From positions 1-43,053 of the IMG/VR virus record IMGVR_UViG_3300048850_000008: a stretch of DNA of 43,053 bases; one strand, written 5' to 3'. A program made the position numbers and the translations under genes. Source of the stretch: a virus (lineage: Duplodnaviria > Caudoviricetes). Positions within the stretch are counted from its first letter, which is position 1. Every line of letters starts with the position of its first letter. The notes below the pieces were generated by a model that was not told the DNA's origin, searched no databases, and saw only the letters and a program-made list of their open reading frames with translations. Shown one piece after another: positions 25,275 to 36,150 of this stretch.

Positions 25275-27832
25275 TGAAGGTATCCAGCAGCTACGCCAGC
25301 ATTGTGCGCGGCGTGTCGCAGCAGGTGCCGCAGGACCGGCTTCCCGGCCAGCACTGGGAGCAGGTCAACATGATTTCCGACCCGCGCCGCGGTCTGTCGC
25401 GCCGGCACGGGTCAATTACGATGGACGAGCGCCCTATGGGAGTGGCAGCCCTAACGCCGTCCCAGCAGGCGTACTTGCGGCAGTACCGCGAGTACAGCTT
25501 CTTCGTGAACGGGACCGAGTACGCGCTTATCTACCAGGGCGCGGAGCGGCCCTCGTCTGACAACCTGCCGTTCTGCTTCTGTCAGAACAAGGTCACCGGC
25601 AAGTTCCTTAACGTCGTCTACAGCGAGTCCGCAGCGGGCGCACTGAACCCGTGGAAGTTCGGCGGGCTCTCCGCTGTCACCACAGTTGGCGCGTACTTGG
25701 TGATGGCCTCTCAGAAGCTGGGGCCGGGCTACAGCATGGTCGATAGGTTCGCCGCGCAGAACACGCGCGGCGTGGCATGGGTACGTGGGGGCGCATACAG
25801 CCGCACGTTCAGGATGACAATCACCACGACGGCGAACCTAACGCTGTCAGCGTCCTATACGACGATGGCATCCAGCTACCCGAACCTGCTGGACACGTCA
25901 GACATCGCTGCGACAGACCCGGAGTATCAGAAGAAGGTGAACGACCGGGTGAACGCCTACAACTCGGCCGCAAACAAATGGATCGGTGACGCGGCCGCGA
26001 GCGTGCAGCCACAAAACATAGCCACCCAGCTTATCAACCAGCTCATCGCGCAGGGGTTCCCAAACATCGCCCGGGTAGGCGGGACCATAATCCTAGAAAA
26101 CATCAAGGCCCTTTCTGTAGACGACTCCGGCGACGGCACGCTGTTCCGGGCGGTGTTCAACGAAGTGGACGACCCGGCGAAGCTGTCAACCGTTCATTGG
26201 CGGGACAAGGTGGTGCGCGTTCAGCCCAAGGGGACCGACGAGTCGTACTACATGCGCGCGACCATGTCGGACACTGCGGGCGGCTACGGGCAGGTAACCT
26301 GGGTGGAGGGCGCGGCGCAGGTAATCCAGCCTGGACAAGTGTTCGCGCTGGCGTCCGTGACCGCTGACGGAAACACGCTGATCGTGGCGGACTCGCCGGC
26401 CCAGCTTGCGGCGGCGCTGGGTCACGCAGTGCCAGGGTACACGCCCAGCTCCGTGGGCGACACAGCATCCAAGGGCGGCATCCCGTATTTCTTTGGCCGG
26501 CGCATCACGCTGCTGACGGTCTTCATGGACCGCCTTGTAATCGTGGCGAACGGCGTGGTGTTCATGTCCCGCGCTGGCGACTATTTCAACTGGTTCCGGC
26601 AATCCATGCTTCGGCTGGACGACGATGACCCTATTGAGATGTACGCGCTGGGGGCTGAGGACGACATCATCAGCAAGTGCGTGACGTACAACAAGGACCT
26701 GTTCATGTTCGGTGAACGGAACCAGTACACCGTCAGCGGACGCAACATCCTTACGCCGAACAACGCTGCGGTGAGCACGACCGCCAGCGAGAAGGACTCC
26801 GTGGAAGGGCAGCCGCTTGTTGTGGGCAACCTCCTGTTCTACGGCAAGTACGAGGCCGCACCCGGGCAGTCCGGGCCGAGCCCATACGCGGCAAGTGTGT
26901 CGCAGTTCCAGCTCGGCCTGTTCGAGGATAGCCCCGAACCGTACCTTGTCTCACAGCAGCTCGACAAGTACATACGAGGCCGCCCTATCCAATTCGAGGC
27001 GCTGCCGTCCCCGCATACCGTGTTTGTCCGCACGGACGGCTACGACATGGGCGTGTACGTGTACCGCTTTATCGACCAGCCGGGCTCGCAGTCCCGCGTG
27101 TTCGACTCGTGGTCCCGCTGGGAGTGGTCCCCAAACGTGGGCCGCATCGTTGGCATCAGTACCTACAAGGCCACGCTCTACGTGTATGTGGTGCGGACCA
27201 ACGCGCAGGGGTCATGGATCGCATGCGAGCAATTCGTTATGGATTCCGACCTGTCACCGCGACCGTACCTGGACGCGATACGCGCTCCAGACTGGTACGC
27301 GGGCGGGGCGGGCTTCTACCGCCCAGGCGACCCAAGCGTGCTAGGCGACGTGTACGTGGCCGGCAGTGCTGGCTCTGACGCCTACTTCCTCGGCACGCAG
27401 GTGAGCGGATTCGGCCAGTTCTACGCGACGGTGCTGGGCAACGGCACCAAGCCCGGCGTAGTCGGCGTAGCGTATACCGGCAGCGTGGACTTCACGTCAC
27501 CGTTTGTACGCGACCAGAACGACAAAGCGCTGGTTAACGGCCGGCTCGTGGTCAATCGGTACACGCTCTCCGTAACGGACACTGCTGGCATGGATGCGTA
27601 CCGCACCGACGTGACGGGAAGCACCCGGGTGTTCGGCTTCAACGGCCGGCGTGTTGGTCTGAGCAACAACCAAGTAGGCATGCAGCCCGTGACGACCGCC
27701 ACGCTGGACGTGCCTTGCGGGCGCGCGAACATCGAGCACCGCATGAGCTTCCGTACCCGCACATGGCTGCCGCTGACTATCTCCGCGGTGGAATGGGTGG
27801 GCCAACTGTTCAACAACGCCAAGCGCGTATAG
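25274..27832 (+). CDS. Tail tubular protein B (T7 gp12-like nozzle)
   Basis: GVSQQVPQDR, GLSRRHG, MSRAGDYFNWFR, DDDPI, SWSRW. Confidence 0.93.
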   Translation: MKVSSSYASIVRGVSQQVPQDRLPGQHWEQVNMISDPRRGLSRRHGSITMDERPMGVAALTPSQQAYLRQYREYSFFVNGTEYALIYQGAERPSSDNLPFCFCQNKVTGKFLNVVYSESAAGALNPWKFGGLSAVTTVGAYLVMASQKLGPGYSMVDRFAAQNTRGVAWVRGGAYSRTFRMTITTTANLTLSASYTTMASSYPNLLDTSDIAATDPEYQKKVNDRVNAYNSAANKWIGDAAASVQPQNIATQLINQLIAQGFPNIARVGGTIILENIKALSVDDSGDGTLFRAVFNEVDDPAKLSTVHWRDKVVRVQPKGTDESYYMRATMSDTAGGYGQVTWVEGAAQVIQPGQVFALASVTADGNTLIVADSPAQLAAALGHAVPGYTPSSVGDTASKGGIPYFFGRRITLLTVFMDRLVIVANGVVFMSRAGDYFNWFRQSMLRLDDDDPIEMYALGAEDDIISKCVTYNKDLFMFGERNQYTVSGRNILTPNNAAVSTTASEKDSVEGQPLVVGNLLFYGKYEAAPGQSGPSPYAASVSQFQLGLFEDSPEPYLVSQQLDKYIRGRPIQFEALPSPHTVFVRTDGYDMGVYVYRFIDQPGSQSRVFDSWSRWEWSPNVGRIVGISTYKATLYVYVVRTNAQGSWIACEQFVMDSDLSPRPYLDAIRAPDWYAGGAGFYRPGDPSVLGDVYVAGSAGSDAYFLGTQVSGFGQFYATVLGNGTKPGVVGVAYTGSVDFTSPFVRDQNDKALVNGRLVVNRYTLSVTDTAGMDAYRTDVTGSTRVFGFNGRRVGLSNNQVGMQPVTTATLDVPCGRANIEHRMSFRTRTWLPLTISAVEWVGQLFNNAKRV

Positions 27833-27840
27833 GAGGGCCT

Positions 27841-28623
27841 ATGGTTTGGCAATTCGTGGCGCAAGCGGCCTTCCAGATCGGCTCATCGTACATGCAGAAC
27901 ATCGCGGACGAGAAGCTACAGCGAGGCCAGAACGCGCTGACAAAGGCCGGGGTGTATTCGTACAACACGGTCAACGCGGCGAACACAGACGCCGCCAATC
28001 TCGTACGGGCAGCCGGCAACGAGTTCTCGGCGGCGCAAGCGTCGCTGCAGAACGCGCTGCGGTCTATCGGCAACCGCGAGAAGATGTACGTGTTCGGCCA
28101 GCAGCACAACGCGCTGGAGGAGAACGAGGGCCGCGTTATGGACAGCATTGTCCGCGGCAACCTGTCCACGCAACTGAAGGGCGCGGCTGCGCTCGGCGCG
28201 CTTCGTGCTCAGGCCGCCGCCAGCGGCACAGGCGGCAGCAGCCGGGACATCATGCGTTCCGTATCCGCGCTCGCGCAGGGTGCGGCAATCACATCCGCAG
28301 CGGAGAACCAGAAGTACGTTCAGTTCGACTCGCTACTCCAGAAGGCCGGGCTCCTGCGATCCGCAGCGAGTGGCATAGACGTAGGACAGGCGCTGCCGCG
28401 CATGGACTATGGGGTCAACGTCGCGCCGGTTGCTCAGGTCCCCATCAATGCGCTGGACTTCAGCGCCACGCCGGCCGTCAAGGCAGTAACCGGCTGGGTG
28501 GCAAACGGCGGCGCGGCGAAGCTCCTGGGTTCATTCGGTGGCAAGCCGTCGCCCGTCCCCAATGGGAACATCGTTCAGTCAGGAGGAGGTGGCTCCCTTG
28601 GCGACTTCTTCAATGGAGCATAA
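27841..28623 (+). CDS. Internal virion (ejection) protein, gp14 position, 260 aa
   Basis: AGGAGG RBS before MVWQF; Ala/Gly/Gln-rich; AAASGTGGSS motif. Confidence 0.8.
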   Translation: MVWQFVAQAAFQIGSSYMQNIADEKLQRGQNALTKAGVYSYNTVNAANTDAANLVRAAGNEFSAAQASLQNALRSIGNREKMYVFGQQHNALEENEGRVMDSIVRGNLSTQLKGAAALGALRAQAAASGTGGSSRDIMRSVSALAQGAAITSAAENQKYVQFDSLLQKAGLLRSAASGIDVGQALPRMDYGVNVAPVAQVPINALDFSATPAVKAVTGWVANGGAAKLLGSFGGKPSPVPNGNIVQSGGGGSLGDFFNGA

Positions 28624-31080
28624 ATGGCAGACTTCGGCCTAGACACAGGCGGGAATGTAGTAATCCAGAAGCCGGCGACAAGTCAGGGGCCGGCAACGCA
28701 GATAACCGGGGGCGATAGCGGGGGCTTCAGCAGCTTCGGTAGCACGCCCCAGGCCCCGCGGGCCGACTTCTCCGGCGCGGCCGAATCGACGGCCGCAACC
28801 CTGGGTGCGCTGAACAAGCTCACCGAGGGCCTGCTGGCCCCGCAGATCGCGGCGGCGCAGAAGCGGCAGTATTTCGACGGCATGTCCCAGGTGGTGCAAG
28901 GCAAGTCCCTGCTCCAGATCGAGAAGGAGCAGCCCTGGTACACCAAGCTGTTCGGCCCGTCCGCAACCGTGCAGGGTGCGCAGGCGATGACCCTAACGTC
29001 CAAGCTGGACGACGCACAAGCGGATTGGATCGCGCAGATGCCGCAGTTGAGGCAGCTTCCGCCCGACGCCGCCCGCAAGTACCTCGTGGACCAAGCAACG
29101 CAGATTGCCAACACGGGCGACCCGACGATGGACGCCATGGTGCAGGCCAAGCTGGCGGAGCAGTGGGGGCCGATGCTGGACCTGCACATGAAGCAGCACA
29201 TCACGTACGTGCAGGAGCAGAACGTAAATGCGTTCGGCAACTCGCTTGTGTCGGCCGGCTCGGCGTACCAGCAGAAGCTGGGCAACACCGGGTTCTACAC
29301 GCCCGAGCAGATACAACTGGAGAAGGCGCGCGCTACGGACGCCTTCAAGCCAATCCCCGGCATGACGGACGACGCATGGTCCAAGGCCACTACGCAGGCC
29401 CTACAGGCCAACCTGATGCAGGGCAACTTCGGCATCTACGAGGCGTTCAAGGAGACGCCCGAGTACAGCAAGCTGCCGCTGGACGCGCGCACGCAGCTGG
29501 AGCGCTTGCAGCCGTTCGCTACCCAGTGGGTACAGCGCAACTTGCCGCAGTTCCGCGACGACGCCTCCAACCAAGCCGCGCTGCATGTGGCGCTCACACA
29601 AGGCACCGGCCCGCAGTCCCTGGAGCAGTTGCAGGCGTACATGGACCGGCAGGACAAGCAGTGGATGGCAAAGAGCGGTAGTACCACGCCGTTCTACGAC
29701 AACGCCGAGCGGGCGCGCATGGAGCAGTTCTGGTATCAGGGGCAGGAGTACCTGCGCCGCCAGCAAGCCGCCGCAGCCGCGGCCCAGGGCAAGCTTGAGC
29801 AACAAGTCGCAAATGACAACTTCCAGCGGCAGTCCGTAATGGAGTCGCTGAACGGCGGCGCGCACGCGCCTGTGGCGATGGATAAGCTTGATCCCACGGT
29901 GGTGCAGCAGACGCTGCGCGATGCCCGCAGCGAGCTGGAGAAGGCAGGCGACGTGAATGGGCTGAAGGTGTGGCTGGGCAAGCTTGCCGTGGGCTCCACG
30001 TTCGGCAGCAAGCTGGTCGATCAGGACCTGTCGAACTCCCTCACGGTCGCGGCGAACAACTTCTTCACGCAGGGTACGCCGGTCACGGACGACATGCGGA
30101 AGTCGCTGGGCTACATGCAGATGCTGGCCGCCAGCAAGAACGGCACGGCCGCGTTGTCCACGTACATAGGCGGTGCGAACGCCGCGAAGATGACCGCCCT
30201 GGTGCAGTCCGGTGTGGACCTCTCTGACAAGTCCGCGGTAGACGCTGCGCGCATCTCCATCGCCAACGGCTGGAATGCTGACGTGACGACCAAAGACCTT
30301 AAGGAGGTGCAGACCTACATCGATAGCCAGGACCCCGGCTTCCTTAAGCGGAACATCGCAATCTTCGGCCCAGGCGCGCTGTCCGGGTACGACCTGAACG
30401 ACGACAGCAAGCGGCGCATGGCGCAGGACCTTGCGCCTACAGTGGCCCGCATGGTGCGCGGCATGGGCATGTCCTACGAGGACGCGATGCCCATCGCCTT
30501 CAGTCAGGTGTACGGCAACACTTCGGATGTGGACTTCATCGACGGCGCGTACGTGCCAGCGAGTCCCACGTCGCGGGGCGCGGGCCTATTCGCCACGGTT
30601 GCCGGCAAGGTGGGCGGTATGTCGCAGCTGTCGGAGGACTATCAGCAGGCCACGCGGAATGTAATCAACAACGCCATGTCCGCGGCCATCGGCAGGCAGC
30701 CCATCCCGCCCGCAGACAAGCGCGTGAACGTCGCCGGCCGCACGATGAACGGCTTGCTAAGTTCCATCCCCTTCGTGGGCGATGAGCTGCCGCAGCCGTT
30801 CAGCGAGAACGGCCTTGCGCCCGATCCGGCGAAGTTCGACCCGGACGACTACAAGACCGTGGCCGGGCTCGCCCTAGGCGGCGGCGTGGTGCAGGTTACG
30901 CGGGTGCCCAAGTCCAACACCTCGGGCTCGCGGCCCGTCACGGTCACGATAACCGCGGATCAGGTAATCAAGGAGCTGGACGCTATCCGGAAGAAAGCCG
31001 TAGACCGCTCGCGCCCGCGCGGCGTTCTCACGCCCTTTGAACAAGAGGGGCAGATGTACCAGCAAATGTTCGGCAAGTAG
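28624..31080 (+). CDS. Internal virion (ejection) protein, gp15 position
   Basis: 818 aa, helical composition, synteny. Confidence 0.8.
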   Translation: MADFGLDTGGNVVIQKPATSQGPATQITGGDSGGFSSFGSTPQAPRADFSGAAESTAATLGALNKLTEGLLAPQIAAAQKRQYFDGMSQVVQGKSLLQIEKEQPWYTKLFGPSATVQGAQAMTLTSKLDDAQADWIAQMPQLRQLPPDAARKYLVDQATQIANTGDPTMDAMVQAKLAEQWGPMLDLHMKQHITYVQEQNVNAFGNSLVSAGSAYQQKLGNTGFYTPEQIQLEKARATDAFKPIPGMTDDAWSKATTQALQANLMQGNFGIYEAFKETPEYSKLPLDARTQLERLQPFATQWVQRNLPQFRDDASNQAALHVALTQGTGPQSLEQLQAYMDRQDKQWMAKSGSTTPFYDNAERARMEQFWYQGQEYLRRQQAAAAAAQGKLEQQVANDNFQRQSVMESLNGGAHAPVAMDKLDPTVVQQTLRDARSELEKAGDVNGLKVWLGKLAVGSTFGSKLVDQDLSNSLTVAANNFFTQGTPVTDDMRKSLGYMQMLAASKNGTAALSTYIGGANAAKMTALVQSGVDLSDKSAVDAARISIANGWNADVTTKDLKEVQTYIDSQDPGFLKRNIAIFGPGALSGYDLNDDSKRRMAQDLAPTVARMVRGMGMSYEDAMPIAFSQVYGNTSDVDFIDGAYVPASPTSRGAGLFATVAGKVGGMSQLSEDYQQATRNVINNAMSAAIGRQPIPPADKRVNVAGRTMNGLLSSIPFVGDELPQPFSENGLAPDPAKFDPDDYKTVAGLALGGGVVQVTRVPKSNTSGSRPVTVTITADQVIKELDAIRKKAVDRSRPRGVLTPFEQEGQMYQQMFGK

Positions 31081-31088
31081 GCGACCCA

Positions 31089-31111
31089 GGCGGGATTCGA
31101 TGAGTCCCGCC
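31089..31111 (+). other. Intergenic hairpin, possible RNA processing or stability site
   Basis: GGCGGGATTC-GAT-GAGTCCCGCC with outer pairing GTAGGCG/CGCTTAC; no U tract. Confidence 0.5.
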
Positions 31112-31146
31112 GCCGACGCTTACCGCCAATTCACACAGGAGAATGA

Positions 31147-34100
31147 ATGGCAGACCCCTATAACTTCGGCAACATCCGCACCAGTTCTATCGAGTGGGAC
31201 GGCGCGGTAGGTGACGAGGGAGGATTCGTAAAGTTCGACGGCCCGGTGGCTGGCGGCAAGGCGCTTATCAGCAACCTGATGGCGTACAACAGCAAGCACG
31301 GACTGAACACGGTATCGGGCATCATCAGCCGCTGGGCACCGCCCAGTGAGAACGACACGCCCGCGTACATCAAGAATGTGGCGGACGGCCTGGGCGTAGA
31401 CCCAAACGAGCCGCTGGACATGCGCAGCCCGGAAGTGCTGGGCCGTATGGCGGCGCTGATCGCACGCCAGGAGAAGGGGCGGGACTTCGATCCCGACTTC
31501 TTCAAGCAGATCGCGGGCAACGTGGCCGCGGGTAAGCCCATGGACGCAATGACGCAGGTCTACGCGGAGACGGACAAAGAGGGCTCGTTCACCAAGGCCA
31601 CCAAGCGGGCCGCAGCCCTCAGCGAGTTCTCTCCGGTCAAGGTGGACACAGCGGGCGTATCGTTCGATGTGCCGGCCGACGAGCCGCCAGCCATGTACGA
31701 CGAGGACGCGGCGCGGCTTGCGAACCAGCAGCTACACGCCGGCTTCCAGGAATCGGTGCTGGACTCGCTGGTGCATGGCACCGTCACCGGCAAGCTGGTC
31801 GAGATGGCCCAGCGCGGTGAGTACGACCCCGCGTTCAATCCGATGTCCGAGGACAACAAGAAGCGCGCACAGGCAGCCGGCCTGTACGGCAATGACCAGT
31901 TGATGGACTACATCAACGGCGCGCAGAACGCGGACGACTACGCCCAGCGCTTGCAGGTAGCCCAGGAGCGACAGGAGTACGCACGGCGACTCAGCAACAC
32001 CGAGGGCCTACAGTTCGCCAGCGCCATCACTGGCCAGCTTATCGGGGGCGTAGCCGACCCCGTAACTATCATCTCAACGATGGGCGCAGGCGCTGCTGTA
32101 TCTGCGGCGCGATCTGCTGCCGCGGCATCCCGGGCTATGTCCATCGCCAGCGCGGGCTTTGCAGGCGCGGCCGGTAACGTGGCCGTGGGCGAGGCGCTGA
32201 ACGTCGCGGATAACCAGCGCTTCAGCTGGGGCGGCCTGTTCGAACAGGCGACCACGGGCGCAGCCCTGGGCGCGCTCGGCGGCCTGATGGTGGATCATCG
32301 CGGCATGGCCTTGGCCGACCCGCGCGCCGCTGTAGCCCCGGAGTCACTTCCCATGATGACCGCTGCCGCTCAGGCGGTGCAGTCCGTCGTGGACGGTGGG
32401 ACCACGCGGGCCTTCGAGGCCGGCACCATCCGGTTCGGGGAGCTGCGCGGGTCAACCCGCAACGACTCCCTCAGCACGGACATCCATGAGATGACGAGCT
32501 ACGAGCTGCCCAGCATGGGCGCGTTGAACGTCAAGCTCGCGCCGAAGGCCGAGGGAGAGGGGAGGTTGACCGCGGCCGAAGTGTTGCGGGCTGCGGGCGA
32601 GGAGCCGCGCGTGTACACGACGGCGGACTACCCGTCCCGCCTGGGCTACACGCCCGCCCCGTCGTTGGACAACCCGGTGTACCGCTCCCTGCACGATGCA
32701 GGCGTGGTGACTGAGCTGCGCAGTGCGGACGACCTGTACCGCGTGTCGGACTTCCAGCGCCGCTACGGCGAGAAGCTGCCCGACGATGCCAAGGCGGTAT
32801 ACCTCCCGCAAGAAGATCGGGTATTCGTGTTCAAGGATCGACTCACCCCCGCGGAGCAGGCCAACCCGTCCGGGCTGGTGATGCACGAGGTGGGCGTCCA
32901 CTACGGCCTGGAGCGCACGGTGGGCACCGAGAACTACACGCGCATCCTGCGGGACCTGGAGCAGTCCGCGGACCCCCGCGTGCGCGAGGCCATGCGTGCC
33001 GTGCCCGGTGATACCCCGGAACACCTCAAGCTGGAGGAGGCCCTGGGCTACCTCGTGGAGAAGCATCCGACGCTGGGCATCGTGCGGCAGTTCATCGCCA
33101 ACCTGCGCAACTGGATGCGCGAGAACCTGCGCGTGTTCCGAGGCTTGGCCGTGTCCGCCGAGGATGCCATTGCGTACGTCAAGGGCTCGGTGGAGCATGT
33201 GCGCCGCGAGGGCCGGCTGTCCGCCGACCTGACCTACCCGTACGTGTGGCACGGCTCCCCGGTCAAAGGTATCGAGTCCTTGGACCTGAAGTACGCAGGA
33301 TCGGGAGAGGGCCGCAGCGCCTTCGGTCACGGTCACTACGTGACCAGCGAGAAGGGCACGGCCCTGGACTATCGCAACAAAGAGGCCCAGCGCCGCGGGC
33401 TCGCCCCGGAGGATGGCGGCCTGTACCGGCTGAAGGTGAACGCCAAGGCCGAGGACATGCTGGAATGGGACGCCCCCGTGGGCGCGCACGCCGATGCGTT
33501 CCGCAAGCTGGGCGTCGAGGCCACCGGAACGGGCGGGGACGCCTACAACACCCTGGCCGATAAGCTGGGCTCGCAGCGCGCTGCATCCGAAGCGCTGCAC
33601 GCGGCGGGCATCCCGGGTATCCGGTACGAGACTGGCCGCACGCGGGGCACCGGCACGCCGAACAGCAACTACGTCCTGTTCGATAACGCGGGCCTGTCCA
33701 TGGAGGCCCGGTACTCCCGCGGCGGCGACAAGCCTACACTGCCGCTCAATGCCCGCGAGCAGCGCATTGCCGAGGGCCTGGACGCCGTGGGCGAGCAGGT
33801 TACGCCCGAGATGGCGGATCAGGCCGCGCGGGCGCAGAAGTGGCTGGACAACCGGCCCGAGTGGTTCAAGGGCATGGCCTCGTGGGCTGCGTCCCCAGGC
33901 GTCACGCTGTCCCGCTCCGAATCGAAGGTTGCCCGCATCGCCGGCAGCATCCTATTCGAGAACACCATGGGCAGCACCGGCAACCGGCCCAGCACGGTGT
34001 CCCTCAACTACGAGATGCTACAGCGCGGCTACCGCGATCCGTACCTCATGGAAATCCGCAAGGACATGGTGGCCCTCATGAGCCCGAAGGAGCGCGCGGA

Positions 34101-36144
34101 TTACCAGTTCCTGGGTGGTGCTCGCGAGGCAGTGGAGCGCATCAGCGATCAGGTTGCGGAGGAGCGGCTGCGTCACCGCATGGCGATTGCTCGCGGCGAG
34201 AAGTACGTCTCCCAGGCGGAGCCGGCCGTGCAGCGCATAGCCGCGCAGATGGACTCGCAGATCGCCAAGATGGCCGCGGACGGTCGCGCCGTCGGCAACC
34301 CGTACGCCGAGCAGGTGGACGGCGGCGGCGTGGTGGGCTTTATGCCGCAGGTGTGGAAGTGGGACAAGTTCAGCGACGTGTACCGCAGTGACCCTGCGAC
34401 CTGGGCCGCCCTGCGCAAGAACTTCGTGCAGCAGTACATGGAGCGGCAGGTAGACCCGGTACTGAAGAAGATGACCGAGGACGGCGCGATGCCGGAGGAA
34501 ATCGACGCAGTACGCGCGCGCCTCGTGCAACAGGTGCAGCATCAGGTGGATACCCGCATGACGGAATCCATCCGCGATCCGAACAGCCGCACCAACATGG
34601 ACAGCGAGAAGTTCGAGACGATGGCGAAGGACCTGTTGGACGAGAACTTCCACGGCCTGAAGGTTACGGACGAGGTGGTGAACAACTTCCGCAAGGTCCT
34701 GGGTGAGAAGATAAAGGACCGGAGCCGCACTGAGTTCGACCTGCTGCGTGAGGTCGACGGCCACCGGCTACTGGACTTCGTGGAGCACGATGTGGTGTCC
34801 ACGGTGCAGCACACCGCGCACCGCTTCGCCGGCAAGAACGCGATGGCGAAGGCGGGATTCAAGGACGAGGCCGACTTCGAGGCCCTTATCACCCTAGCTA
34901 CCAAGGACGGCGCAACGCCGGAGGAGGTGGAGCTGCTGGCCTTCGCTGGCCGGGCGTTCGGCTTCCGCCCCATGATCGCCCAGGATCATCCGATGCTGGC
35001 GGCCCTGCGGAACTTCGTGTACGCCGCGACTATGGGCAAGCTCGGCATCGCCAACTTGGCGGACGTGGCGGCCACCGCTACGGCCGTGGGCGTCAAGGGC
35101 ATGTTCAAGACCATCGGCTACGCCTTCAAGCCCGAGTCCGAGCTTATGAAGATGCTGGCGGTGCGCGCCCCTGGCCTGCTGGGCCAGGACTACCGCATTC
35201 ACTCCATGACCGCCGACGTGCTGCCCAACGGCCGCGCGATGACCGGCATGGGCGCGCGGATGCTGCGCGTGTCGCAGAAGGCGGCGGAGCTGGTGTCGTG
35301 GATCAACGGGGCCAACTTCGTACAGAAGATGCTGCACCGGGGATTCCTGCCCGTGCTGGCGGAGGACCTGTCCACGGCCATCCGCGGCGGGGACGGCGGC
35401 ATGAACCTGCGCCGCTTGGCGGACGCGGGCATCGACGGCGAGACGGCCGCCCGCATCAAGGCCCAGCTGGAGAAGTACGACGCCGGCCGCCAGGAGGGCG
35501 GGGCGTTCAACTGGGACCAGTGGGACGACCAGCAGGCGGCGGACAAGTTCATCGAAGCGATGCACCGGGTCACGTACCAGACGTTCCAGCGCGCCCTTAC
35601 GGGCGAGGCTGCGGCGTGGCGGAGTGAGTCCGCCCTAGGCTCGATCATCGGCCAGTTCCACAACTTCGGCATCACCGCCACCGAGAAGCAGCTGGGGCGC
35701 AACCTTGCCATCAACGACATGAACACCTACACCGCGCTGATGGTGGGCATGGCGTGGTCCGCGCTGCTGTACTACGCACGGCTCCAGGTGAACACGGCAG
35801 GGATGTCCCGCGCCGACGCGGACGAGTACATGAAGAAGAACACCGAGGGCTCCAAGCTGGCAATCGGGACCCTCACGTACTTCAACATGTCCGGCATCGC
35901 GGCAGAGATTGGCGGCCTGGGCGAGGTGGTGTTCGGCGGCAATACGTATCAGGCCGGCTCCGGCCCGGTGGCCGCAGTGGGCTACCTGGGCAACGCAGCC
36001 AAGGCGCTCAACAGCGCCGGCTCGCTGCTCACTGGGCAGTCCGACAAGCCGAGCAAGGACGCGCGGAACATCCTGCGCATCCTTCCCGGTGGCAACTCCA
36101 TAGCAGGCTCGTACTACAGCAATTACCTGCGCGACGTGGAATAG
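31147..36144 (+). CDS. Large internal virion (ejection) protein, gp16 position, with lysozyme-like, zincin and ART-like domains
   Basis: 1665 aa; N-terminal NFGNIR...IISRWAPPSENDT; MHEVGVHYGL; WHGSP...FGHGHYVT...GIPGIRY...NYVLFD; position before tail fibre. Confidence 0.88.
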   Translation: MADPYNFGNIRTSSIEWDGAVGDEGGFVKFDGPVAGGKALISNLMAYNSKHGLNTVSGIISRWAPPSENDTPAYIKNVADGLGVDPNEPLDMRSPEVLGRMAALIARQEKGRDFDPDFFKQIAGNVAAGKPMDAMTQVYAETDKEGSFTKATKRAAALSEFSPVKVDTAGVSFDVPADEPPAMYDEDAARLANQQLHAGFQESVLDSLVHGTVTGKLVEMAQRGEYDPAFNPMSEDNKKRAQAAGLYGNDQLMDYINGAQNADDYAQRLQVAQERQEYARRLSNTEGLQFASAITGQLIGGVADPVTIISTMGAGAAVSAARSAAAASRAMSIASAGFAGAAGNVAVGEALNVADNQRFSWGGLFEQATTGAALGALGGLMVDHRGMALADPRAAVAPESLPMMTAAAQAVQSVVDGGTTRAFEAGTIRFGELRGSTRNDSLSTDIHEMTSYELPSMGALNVKLAPKAEGEGRLTAAEVLRAAGEEPRVYTTADYPSRLGYTPAPSLDNPVYRSLHDAGVVTELRSADDLYRVSDFQRRYGEKLPDDAKAVYLPQEDRVFVFKDRLTPAEQANPSGLVMHEVGVHYGLERTVGTENYTRILRDLEQSADPRVREAMRAVPGDTPEHLKLEEALGYLVEKHPTLGIVRQFIANLRNWMRENLRVFRGLAVSAEDAIAYVKGSVEHVRREGRLSADLTYPYVWHGSPVKGIESLDLKYAGSGEGRSAFGHGHYVTSEKGTALDYRNKEAQRRGLAPEDGGLYRLKVNAKAEDMLEWDAPVGAHADAFRKLGVEATGTGGDAYNTLADKLGSQRAASEALHAAGIPGIRYETGRTRGTGTPNSNYVLFDNAGLSMEARYSRGGDKPTLPLNAREQRIAEGLDAVGEQVTPEMADQAARAQKWLDNRPEWFKGMASWAASPGVTLSRSESKVARIAGSILFENTMGSTGNRPSTVSLNYEMLQRGYRDPYLMEIRKDMVALMSPKERADYQFLGGAREAVERISDQVAEERLRHRMAIARGEKYVSQAEPAVQRIAAQMDSQIAKMAADGRAVGNPYAEQVDGGGVVGFMPQVWKWDKFSDVYRSDPATWAALRKNFVQQYMERQVDPVLKKMTEDGAMPEEIDAVRARLVQQVQHQVDTRMTESIRDPNSRTNMDSEKFETMAKDLLDENFHGLKVTDEVVNNFRKVLGEKIKDRSRTEFDLLREVDGHRLLDFVEHDVVSTVQHTAHRFAGKNAMAKAGFKDEADFEALITLATKDGATPEEVELLAFAGRAFGFRPMIAQDHPMLAALRNFVYAATMGKLGIANLADVAATATAVGVKGMFKTIGYAFKPESELMKMLAVRAPGLLGQDYRIHSMTADVLPNGRAMTGMGARMLRVSQKAAELVSWINGANFVQKMLHRGFLPVLAEDLSTAIRGGDGGMNLRRLADAGIDGETAARIKAQLEKYDAGRQEGGAFNWDQWDDQQAADKFIEAMHRVTYQTFQRALTGEAAAWRSESALGSIIGQFHNFGITATEKQLGRNLAINDMNTYTALMVGMAWSALLYYARLQVNTAGMSRADADEYMKKNTEGSKLAIGTLTYFNMSGIAAEIGGLGEVVFGGNTYQAGSGPVAAVGYLGNAAKALNSAGSLLTGQSDKPSKDARNILRILPGGNSIAGSYYSNYLRDVE

Positions 36145-36150
36145 GGTAGC

